Assembly: GCA_964019335.1 (NCBI GenBank)
Contig: OZ025706.1
Coordinates: forward strand, 372,001 to 436,000
Direction: 5' to 3'
Source: Diplonema japonicum
Lineage: Eukaryota; Protista; Euglenozoa: Diplonemea
Length of the DNA stretch: 64,000 nt
Part shown: positions 46,248-55,736 of the stretch, one piece after another
Layout of the letters: each line of letters starts with the position of its first letter
Position numbering within the stretch: the stretch's first letter is position 1
Made by a program: the position numbers and the translations under genes
The notes under the pieces: generated by a model
Told to the model about the DNA's origin: nothing
Databases searched by the model: none
The model's input: the letters and a program-made list of their open reading frames with translations, nothing else

Positions 46248-48013
46248 CAACCACTTTTTTTTTGTTTTTGTTTCCATTCCGTTTACTGCAACGACCAAGA
46301 ATTTCTCATCCACAGTAAGTGTGCGGGCTACAGCACGGCTCAAAAAACCTTTAGTTCGCAGCAGGTGGCATCCAACCATGCATGTTTCTAACCGCGGCCC
46401 GCACAGTGGAAATGCCCAATTTCCGTGGGGGAAAAAAAAGTGCGGCTTACCGCGAACAGTGGCTTCCCAAAAATATTTATGGGAAAAAAAAAAAAAAAAA
46501 AAAGGTGGTGAAGGGGACAGAACCAATAACTCATTTACTCGAGAGTAGTCCTTACAAGGTGATGTAGCCTCGGCAGGTTACGTGTACTTTTTTCTTTTCC
46601 GCAAAATCTTGATAAAGGAAGATAAAGAAAAAAGTGAAAAACGTGCAGTGCGTGATCCACAAAAGCCTGATGCTTATTGAGAATGGCGGGGGGAGGGGGG
46701 GCAATAGTTATATTTGGCTTGGCCTCTTGAGACAAACAAGAAAAAGAAGTAGTTATTATTATTATTTTTTTTTTCTTTTCCTCCTGCGCAGTGTATACAA
46801 AACTTTTTTTTTTCTTTTTTTTTTTTCACAACGCATCCAATTTTTTTTCTTCCTTTTTTTTTGATAACTACAATAACAAATATTTCTGTTTCATCATAAA
46901 AGATAGAGACGGCCAACGAAGGGGGGGGGGGGGGGGGGGATAGTAACTAATAATTTTATTCATTTTTTTCTACCCCCCTTTTTATTATCCTAACTTTTTT
47001 CTTCCTCGTTTCTAGCAACCATTAGGGAATAATTGGGTATGCATATTGTGTGTGCGGCCTAGCGGGAGAGAATAAATGCCGTGTACTTTTTATTTCTTTT
47101 TTTTTTCATAGTGTTATTTTGTTCAAATACAAAAAAAAAAAAAAAAAAGGAATAGAGGTTAAAGTACACATCTCAGTTATGCCAAGTAGGGGGTGATAGT
47201 TGTTTGTAGTCAAACGACAAATATTGGAGTGTCTGACCTGCGTGGCGTCATTTTTTTTTTTTTTTTTGTTACAATTATTTATCTTTCAAAAAAATGATTT
47301 TATAACTATATGCAACTTGTGCCGAGCAAAAAACTTTCGCAGCTTTTTAAAACGAACAACAAAGACATAGTCATAAAGAATTATTTTCTCTCTCTCCGCT
47401 GAGCACTTGTCTCCCTGGCACAGATTTTCCTGAAATGACCTGTGTACAAACTAAAAGCGGGCCCTTTCCAGGTTTCTCCCCATTACCCTCAATTTTACTT
47501 CTCATCTCATGAATTATATTACAAGGTGGGGGGGGGGGGGGGGGGGGGGGGTCAGCACAGATCTACAGCCAATCCCCCCTTCCCCACAATTACACCGACA
47601 CCGTAAGCCCTCGTTGTTTGCACCAACCAAATGTGGAATTGAAAAAGGAAAAAGGTTCAGACTGCGTGTAACTATGCCATGAAGACCCGAATAATCAGAT
47701 TCTCGGAGAATAAAGCCACTCAATAAACACTATAATAACAGGCTTTTTTTTTTTGAAGAGAAAAAAAAACAAAGTAAAAGAACACAAGATATTCGTTCTA
47801 AGAATCTTTTTATTTTTTTATTTTCTTTCCTTCAGATAATCAGTGTTTGAAACAGTCAGGGGGGGGGGGGGGGGGTAGTGAAGGAAAGAGGGACTGGGTT
47901 GAGAAGAGAGAGAGAGAGAAGGAAAAAAAAAAAGAAAAAAAAAAGAAATAACTATATCCTCATCTCCCCTTCCCTTCCCCTTTTTCTTTTTTATTTATTT
48001 TTTTTTTTTATAT

Positions 48014-48869
48014 GAGCTCGTCCGGAAAAAAATGTCAACAAATGACCCTCCTATGCGGCGTAAAACCCCCGTTAAATTTCTAAGTAAAAAAGTAGCCCGA
48101 CACCACTTTGTGTGCAGAAATGCAGTCTAAGCTTGAACACCATATAGGTCAAAATGCTCGCCGTTTGTTTTATTTTTAAAACGCACGTGCAAAAACATGT
48201 TTTTTTTAGAATGGTTTTTGGCAAACAATTCAATTTGGAAGTTACAAATAACCCAGACTCCATTTTTTTATTTTCGTTTTTCCGTGAAAAGCGATAGGAG
48301 GAATGGATGCAGATTGAAAATCTGTGAAACCTTTGGGGTCATTTTGGGTGGGCTGGACTCTAAATCACTATTAAAAATGGGGTGGGGAGAACTTACCCTA
48401 AAGTGCCATTTTGGCCTATTTAAGGCTAAAATCCCTTTAAAACCCCTTGAAAAAAGCAAAATTTTCACTTTTAAAGTATTATGAGTGCAAAAGAAAAGGA
48501 AAAACCTCAGCAGATGGGTAGGGAATGAAAGTTTGACCCCAAAGATACCAATGTCGAAGCTCTGCATGAGCAGGCAAGTGTTAAGAATTGGTTTTTCTGA
48601 AAAAGGCCAAAATCCCTTAGGAACCCCTTGAAAAAGCCAAAAAATAGGGTGTAAAAAACCGGGTTTTCGGGGGCTATGCGGCGCCATATATTTTTCGCTA
48701 AGTACTTTTAACAGCAACCCGACCCTGGGTTGTACCCAGGGGTCATGTACACCATGTATGTCATCTTCCTATGGTTGCATGCTGCCCTTTTTTTTTTGCT
48801 CAAATAATCAAAACAAGAAATTTTCGGAGGTGCCCAAAAAAGTATTAACATTTTCGTCCGGACGAGCTC
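48014..48869 (+). mobile_element. Complete non-autonomous TIR element (MITE), GAG..CTC termini
   Basis: Left gagctcgtccggaaaaaaatgtcaac and right (reverse complement) gagctcgtccggacgaaaatgttaat; AT dinucleotide on both sides; second copy at 32377. Confidence 0.85.
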
Positions 48870-49040
48870 ATTTTTTTTTTTTTGTGTTGAAGAATAAGAC
48901 AAAACAAAACAGATTTGTTGCATACTTGTTGATTGTGTTTGGTGAACTCTCTCTCTCCCCCCCCCCCCCCCCCCCCCCTCAACGCTTCCTCACGAATGGC
49001 TGCTATCTTCTTCGAAAGAAACCTTGATCATGAACTCAAA

Positions 49041-49080
49041 AAAATTCACTATAGGAACGAAGTGGTTAGCACGGCCCGCC
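49041..49080 (+). repeat. About 40-nt dispersed motif also at 54264-54308
   Basis: aaattcacta(tgg)taggaacgaagtggttagca(a)cggcccgcc at both loci. Confidence 0.75.
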
Positions 49081-49484
49081 TTTTTGAAAAAAAAGAAAAA
49101 AAGAAAACCCAATACAATGCTTGTGTCCTTATTTCTTAACTGCATTTTTTTTTTTTTTTTTTTTTTTTTTCCTTTCCTTTTTTTTTTACCTTGGTTCGGG
49201 GGAAAAAAAAAAGGAGAAAAACAAAAAAAAGAATTAGACACACCTGTGCTCGGCCCTTTAAAAAAAAAAAAGAAAAGAAAAGAAAACAAAATCCATATGA
49301 TGGGGAATGGGGGAGTGGGGATCTGGCATCTATTTCTTCTTTTTTTTTTTTCTTCTTTTCTTCTCCCCAATTCTTTTTTTTTTTTTGTTGTATCAAAGGA
49401 AGGATAAATTTAACAAACAAAAAGAAGAAGAAAAAAAGGGGAAAAAAAGAGAAAAAAAAAAGAAAAAAAAAAAACACCAAAAGA

Positions 49485-51983
49485 CTAAAGATAGACCAGC
49501 TTCTCTTCCCGGCGAAGGTGATTAGCAGCTATCACCGCAGTTCGATCAGCACCAGCGTTCATCATGATGAGCTGGGAGTCTTTTTCTTTAAAAGCTTCCC
49601 AGTAAAGTCCGGTCCAGCACCAGGTATGATTTTGCGATCCGGTGGGACCGGCAACCGTTTCGTCGTACTTTATAAAATTGGTGATATCGATGTTGGTGAG
49701 CCGCGAGACGGAAACTTCATAAACTGTTTTGGCTTTCTTTGCTTTGTCATGAGGGGATTTTGTTTGCCATGTTGCGACTGGTCTGAGGACACCCTTTACC
49801 CCGTCTTGCATTAGCGATGATATGTGTTCTGGTGCGCATGATGTGAAGAGTACTGTCGTTTCGAATTCTGCCGCTGCTGATGCCAGAAGCATGGAGAGTT
49901 TCACGGTTTCCCCCATAACTGTGACGAACCGTTGTCCCTGGGTCCCGATGGTTGCCGCAGCCGCCCCGCCGCTGCTCATCCCCACGTGGACCCCGTCATC
50001 GTCGTTACAAAACATTTTATGTAATAAAGATGTGAACCTCAGGGAGCTTTCAAAATGCGTTGCCGTTGCCTTGCTTGTGTTCCACCCTGCTGAGATCATC
50101 GACCCAAGCAGAGCAATTACCGTCCCGCTGCACCTGTCCAGAGAGTGAAGTACTCTGCACACTTTATCGTTGATGTTGGTCAGATCCGCGCCTGCAGCCA
50201 CCTCATTACTGTCAACTAGGAAGTCCACTGCTGCGACAGTAACGCTCGGTAGGTACTCCAAGCCAAAGCGTTTCATGCTGCCCTCTGGTGTCGAGGCGAT
50301 GTTCAGGCTCCTTCTCGACTCTGTGTTTGTATTACTATCCGACTGGCTGTGTATGCTCCACGCTGTCGCCACAGGCCGAACCACGTCGTACCTTTCTGTC
50401 CCGCCACGCTGCGTGCGGGATCGGACCTCTTGTTCGATGTAGGGGCGCCTGCCTTTTAGTTTTTCAGGGATCAGAATGTGAATATTGATGTTCTTTGAAA
50501 CACCCTTCAGAGAGACTGATCCAAGCGGCAGGCGTAGATAGTTAGGAGTGTTGCCCTGTATGCTGTAGTGTTCCGACAGCGATGTTGATACTTCAGGTGT
50601 GATGGCCATGGCACCGCCTACAGACACGGCTTCGACCCTGGCTGCGATGTTGACTGTGTTCCCGTAGTAGTCGAATCTCCCTGTGATGGAGTCCAGCTCC
50701 ACGTCGACCTTGCCGTAGTGCACGCCCATGCGGAGGCGCAGCCCGCCCCACATCCCGTCGCGGGATTTCTCACATAAAGGCACCTCGATAAGCTCCCCCG
50801 GCCATGCTGTGTTCAGTAATTCAGTCTGCACGGACAGACCGAACTCAACAGCGTTGACAGGTGTATCGAAGGCCACCATGAAGGCATCGCCGATGGTCTT
50901 CACCTCGTACCCCTTGTTGACTTCAATAAGACGGCGGATGATCTTGTTGTGGATCTTCAAAGCACGCTTCATCCCATCAGGGCAGGCCTCCCATATCGAA
51001 GTCGACCCTTGGATGTCGGTGAAAACAAGTGCTGCTTCGCTGTCAGCGTTGGCACCTGGCGGGTTGAACATGCCCTTCAAAGGGACGAGGGGGTTTAAAA
51101 CAGAAATGGTGTGGCATTCTTCAAAAAGCGCGTCGGGGAGGAAGGGGCGGTACAGGGTGAGGTTTTTGAGGATGTCCTCGAAGGCATCGTGAAGCTTCGT
51201 GGGGAGGTTGCTGCCGGAGTCGTTGAGGTACTGCTCGGCTTCATCGAGATCGAAGGCGGCGAGAGCATGAGCTATCTTCTCTGCGGTCTGCACAGAAGCC
51301 TCCACCTCAAGCGTCTTCTGAAAAAGCTGCTCGGCAAACCCCTTAGTGAAGTAGTAATCCATCAAAAACACCATAATATACGCACAGTAGTTCTGGATGG
51401 CCAGTGAAACATCTTTGCAGGGTAGTTCTGAACATTCGTAAATGTTCCGTCTTGCTGACTGCGAGGCAAGCCAAGGTAGATCGAACAACCCAAACCTCAC
51501 GGCACCCTCCACAGCAGTAAGCGTTAAATATGCCACCACAACCGCCACCATTGCCTTGCTGAATGCTTGGCCCGCTCTGAGCACCAGCAATATATCTATT
51601 AGCATGACTTGTAACGGCCATGCTCGGTTCGCGTTTTCCGAGGCTGTAGTGAGGTCGTACAACGCCACAGCGACACCTAAGAATCCTATATAGGCCTGGA
51701 TTAAGGGAACAGTTATGGTTTTCATGACAAGTAGATGAATCCACACTAGGAGGCTGACGACTACAACGACAGCGGCCGTCACCTTGCCCAGGTCGCTGAT
51801 GATGACGAAGAAGACGAAAATGTTCACGAGAAAAACTGCCGGGGAGAAGCACATGAAGAGGTTTTTCCGCAGTTTTGTCATTTTGTTGTCATGTGCCTTC
51901 ACAGGGTAATCTAGGTAGGCATTGACAACACGCAGGAAGTCATCGAAACATGTCGACTCCTCGTGGTCTGCCAGATCATCCAT
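49485..51983 (-). CDS. Multi-TM class III adenylate cyclase with a second degenerate cyclase domain
   Basis: N-terminal TM helices; VFTDIQGST, GYEVKTIGDAFM, LRMGVHYG, DYYGNTVNIAAR, VSLKG; C-terminal HVGMSSG...GTQGQRFVTVMGETV remnant. Start MDDLADH at 51983. Confidence 0.92.
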   Translation of the reverse strand: MDDLADHEESTCFDDFLRVVNAYLDYPVKAHDNKMTKLRKNLFMCFSPAVFLVNIFVFFVIISDLGKVTAAVVVVVSLLVWIHLLVMKTITVPLIQAYIGFLGVAVALYDLTTASENANRAWPLQVMLIDILLVLRAGQAFSKAMVAVVVAYLTLTAVEGAVRFGLFDLPWLASQSARRNIYECSELPCKDVSLAIQNYCAYIMVFLMDYYFTKGFAEQLFQKTLEVEASVQTAEKIAHALAAFDLDEAEQYLNDSGSNLPTKLHDAFEDILKNLTLYRPFLPDALFEECHTISVLNPLVPLKGMFNPPGANADSEAALVFTDIQGSTSIWEACPDGMKRALKIHNKIIRRLIEVNKGYEVKTIGDAFMVAFDTPVNAVEFGLSVQTELLNTAWPGELIEVPLCEKSRDGMWGGLRLRMGVHYGKVDVELDSITGRFDYYGNTVNIAARVEAVSVGGAMAITPEVSTSLSEHYSIQGNTPNYLRLPLGSVSLKGVSKNINIHILIPEKLKGRRPYIEQEVRSRTQRGGTERYDVVRPVATAWSIHSQSDSNTNTESRRSLNIASTPEGSMKRFGLEYLPSVTVAAVDFLVDSNEVAAGADLTNINDKVCRVLHSLDRCSGTVIALLGSMISAGWNTSKATATHFESSLRFTSLLHKMFCNDDDGVHVGMSSGGAAAATIGTQGQRFVTVMGETVKLSMLLASAAAEFETTVLFTSCAPEHISSLMQDGVKGVLRPVATWQTKSPHDKAKKAKTVYEVSVSRLTNIDITNFIKYDETVAGPTGSQNHTWCWTGLYWEAFKEKDSQLIMMNAGADRTAVIAANHLRREEKLVYL

Positions 51984-52578
51984 CTTTTTTTCTTCCCTCA
52001 AAAGGAGAAATCCCCTTCCCCTCTGTGAAATTGTAGAATGGGACAGAATTGGGAAACTTTTTTTTTCTTTTTTTGTTTTCCCACTGAGTATAGGAGAGAA
52101 AGGGACGGGGGGGTGGGGGGGAGAACACGGTAGATATGATAAAGTTAAATACCATTTCTTTCTTTTTTTTTTTTCCTTCTTCGTTTCTTTTTTTTTTTTA
52201 CTTTTTTTTTTTTGGGCAGGTTTGACCCCGCACACCGAAATCTTTTTTGTTTTGTTTTGTTTCCTCCCTCTCCAGAAGAATAGGTTTTTTTTTTTCCTCC
52301 TCCTTTTTTTCTTCTTTTTTCTCTTCGTCGACGCACTCAGCCTTTTTTATTTATTTTTTTTTTTCATTTATTTTTTTTCTTCTTTCTCCCTCCCCTCCAT
52401 TTTCTGGCAAGCAAGCAGAGATATCGAATAGAATTGAGATACAAAAAAGAAGAGGAAAGGACAAGGGGACAGGGATAACAAAGATGGTTTTTTTTTTTTC
52501 TTTCTTTTTTTTTTCTAACGCTGCACACTTAACGCCAAATAGTGTTGCAACCAAAGCTCCACTTTTTCTTTTTTTTTT

Positions 52579-52788
52579 TCAGTCCTCAAGCTTAAGCCCA
52601 GCTTGATTCAGCCAATCCCTCAAATCAGGAGGGGCGTTTGTTTCTTTTCGGAGATCTGTGCAAGGGAGCTCAGAACCTCTCTGTTTTTTTTTTTTTTTTT
52701 CCCAACCAGTTCCATTAACATACTTCACGTTGAAACAGCTTTTTTACAAGTTCTACAACAGCATCTGGGGAACTCGCTTCATCGCTCT

Positions 52789-52832
<44 letters not shown>

Positions 52833-53226
52833 CCCTCGTTACCAAATTCAGCAGAAAATCTTTCTCCCCACACTTGGGCATCATCCTGATTAGAATTTGA
52901 ACCACCTCCCTCTTGGTTTTGGATATCAAGCCACTCACCTCTTGCGTCTTTGCAACTACGACGCTCTCGATGCTTCCAAAGTTCACCTCCCTCTTCGCCT
53001 TGGGCTCCTTTGCAGGGAACACCCACAGGAAGGTCCCTTCCGTCTTCTTCCCGAACGACATGACACGTTTGTCCTTTTTGAAATGCCTGTTGATCTTGTC
53101 GATGGCTCCACACCAATAGCATTCTCCCGAAACCGCAATAAAGCCTTTGAAAGTGCCCTCCACCGGTATGGTCGGGATCTCAACTGCCTCGACTGCTTCA
53201 ACAGCGTCCTCCACGACGTCAGTCAT
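52579..53226 (-). CDS. Hypothetical protein with TH1/PH-like domain (paralogue of 33662-34519)
   Basis: Introns 52787-52842 and 52681-52723 give one frame ending ..NQAGLKLED*; WCGAIDKINRHFKKDKRVM resembles TH1/PH strands. Confidence 0.72.
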
Positions 53227-53478
53227 TGTTGTTGTTTTGTTGCCTTTTTTTTTTTTTTTTCCCCCTCTTCAAGGGACCGCCACATGAGCAAACACTACCC
53301 CCTACGGGAGTAAGAGGTATACCACCCTGCAAAGATTCTGCAGATTCTTATCGGAAGAAGCGCTGCACAGCGAAAAATGCTTTAACCCGCGGGACAACAG
53401 GACATACGGCCAGAAACAGCACTCGGACGCAATAACAAGAAGCTTTAAAAAAGATTTTTTAATAAATAAAATAAAACG

Positions 53479-54198
53479 TTATTCTACGTGAGTAAGTCCT
53501 TCGGCACGAAGCTGTTCCATGAAGGATTTGTTGGGCCGTGTCACAGGCCGGGCTTTTTTGACGCTTGAAAAAGCGGTTTCAAATGACATCCCCTTCCTTG
53601 ACATCATCCAGGAGATCACAGCTGAGGTGGATCTCGACGAACCGGTCAAACAGTGGACCAAGACAGTTTCCCCGGCAGCACTCGCCCTGTCTAGAACACG
53701 GAGGATAGGCGGCAGGTGTGCCGAGAGGTCTGTCCGTTGTGTGTCGAAAAACCCTCTTGCTACATAGTACTCTGTGAGGGTCGATGCGAAGCGGCATTTT
53801 AAACGATCACAACAATTCACAATAAAGGTGATGTTGTGGTCCTTAATGGCCTGTTGGCTTGAAGCACCCCATTCACCGCTCACATACACGTTGTCGAACA
53901 CTCTGGTCAGGTCGACCATTGCCCTGGTATAACTCCCGCCGGGGTTTTTCTTCTGAGGGATGGGGTTAGGTATGCTCCCGTTTTCGATATTCCCCCTTAG
54001 GACGCTCCCTTCTACTCCGAGGTCTTTCGCCATCACCTCCTTTTGCAGGTCCTCAGAGATGTCCAGCAATTGCAACACGATGTTTTCCTTACTCTCGATC
54101 TCTTCCCGTAGGTCGGCTACTGTTGCTCGCCCCTCGTTTGTGCACACCTGGCGCTGTTCAGTTTTGCCGGAGTGGGACACCCATGTGAATGTCAACAT
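53479..54198 (-). CDS. Dual-specificity protein phosphatase
   Basis: VLVHCLTGSSRS (HCx5R), VKKARPVTRPNKSFMEQL, ITFIVNC. Confidence 0.93.
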   Translation of the reverse strand: MLTFTWVSHSGKTEQRQVCTNEGRATVADLREEIESKENIVLQLLDISEDLQKEVMAKDLGVEGSVLRGNIENGSIPNPIPQKKNPGGSYTRAMVDLTRVFDNVYVSGEWGASSQQAIKDHNITFIVNCCDRLKCRFASTLTEYYVARGFFDTQRTDLSAHLPPILRVLDRASAAGETVLVHCLTGSSRSTSAVISWMMSRKGMSFETAFSSVKKARPVTRPNKSFMEQLRAEGLTHVE

Positions 54199-55239
54199 TT
54201 TTTTTTTTTTTATCTATTCGTCTTTTTATTTGTGGTGGGATAGAATAAGAAGGGAATAAAAGAAAAAATTCACTATGGTAGGAACGAAGTGGTTAGCAAC
54301 GGCCCGCCAAAAAATAAAATAAAAAAAAAAAAAAAGGAGGAGAGGGAAGGAAACAAAAAAAAAATATATATAAAATATAAAATTTAAAAAAAATAAAATA
54401 AAGGCGATGTTTAAGGGCATATTCTCACTTTGAGAAGAAACACCCCTAATTAAAAAAAAAAGAAGGGCGAAGAGAGTTTTTTCTAGACCCTATTCCTGCG
54501 ATAAACCTTTTTCCATTCCCAAAGACTTTCAATGTGAATGGCAAGGCTATGTGTAGGACAGTGACCAGGGGGGGGGATAAAATAAAATTCAGAAGATTTT
54601 CGTAGTGAATTGCTGGAAACAAGAGAGAGGGGGAAGGGGGGGGGAACGAAGAAATACGAGTGTAAGAAAAAGGGAAATGGGAAAAAAAAGGAAAAAAAAG
54701 AATATAAATATCACACTTGTTAATAAAACTGCACACATTAGTACCTTTCCCCCCCCTTTTTTTTTTCCCCTTCATTTCTTTACTCGGGTTTACTATTTAC
54801 CACCCTCCTTTACCCCCTTTTTGTGTTTTTAACAGTTTCGTTTGTCCAGGGAAAAAAAAAATTCCTAGTGTTTTCTCTGTTTTTTTTTTTTTTCTTCCTT
54901 TTCTTTCTTCTAGAAAAAAAGCATTGCTGTGCTATGATTCAGCACTTTTTTTTTAAAAAAAAAAAGCTTTCTTCCCCCCTTTGTCTAGAAGGTTTGGAAA
55001 AAATATGTTGTTACCTCAGTGAAGAGATACAATTTCTTTTTTTTTTTTTCTCTTTTTTTCCCATTGCAGTACGGTTCGGAGCCACATGGGGAAAAAAAAA
55101 AAGTGAGAGAGAATGAAGGGGGAAAAAGAAATAGAGGGGCGGGGGGGAGTGATGCCAAAAACGAAATTAATCATTTCGGTAGGCCGGATGATGGTGGCGG
55201 GCCGGAAGGGAGAGAATATTTCGTATGTCTAGCTAAAAC

Positions 55240-55536
55240 TCACCAAGAAACACTTCCATATGCTTTCCTAAGCACCAAGGGGGTCTCGGGGTATGCAACG
55301 GTGTGGTCAGGAGCAGAAAGCGTAGAAAGCGGAGGGGGGAGATCCTCATCTTCATCGTCATCCTCGTTGAAGTGTTCACACAAATCCAAATCAATGTCGC
55401 TGTAGTCACTCAGCGTGTCCTTCTTATCACAACTGCTGCCGCTGTCCCCGTTTTCGCTTGTCACCTCTTCAAGCATATCGAGCTCCTTCCAAGTGAGCTC
55501 CGCTGGCAACAGGCATGGGTTGGAAAGCTGCTTCAT
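55240..55536 (-). CDS. Small acidic hypothetical protein
   Basis: A GC-balanced 98-codon frame (MKQLSNPCLLP...) after a poly(A) run in an otherwise low-complexity spacer. Confidence 0.5.
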   Translation of the reverse strand: MKQLSNPCLLPAELTWKELDMLEEVTSENGDSGSSCDKKDTLSDYSDIDLDLCEHFNEDDDEDEDLPPPLSTLSAPDHTVAYPETPLVLRKAYGSVSW

Positions 55537-55736
55537 TGTTTCTTTTTTTTTTTTTTTTTCCTTTTGTAATCTGTATGCCGTGATATACTTGCTTTTTTTT
55601 TCATGAAGATTATAGGAAAAAGGGGTAGTGCGAAGGCTAAGAGAAAAGACCCCTCGAAACATCGTGCCTCACCTTTGCATTGATGGTGCATGTTTGACAG
55701 ATTAGCAATCAAAAGGGGGCTTGTTCCCCCCCCTTT

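Noticed and set aside
46318-46470. Short inverted repeat (gtgcgggc...gcccgcac) as a MITE or ncRNA
   Set aside because: Only 8-9 bp arms and a single copy in the window; insufficient evidence.
300-55120. Numerous poly-Lys/poly-Phe ORFs and N-terminal K-rich extensions in the ORF track
   Set aside because: They are translations of A/T homopolymer spacers, 5' leaders or introns, with no coding-like composition.
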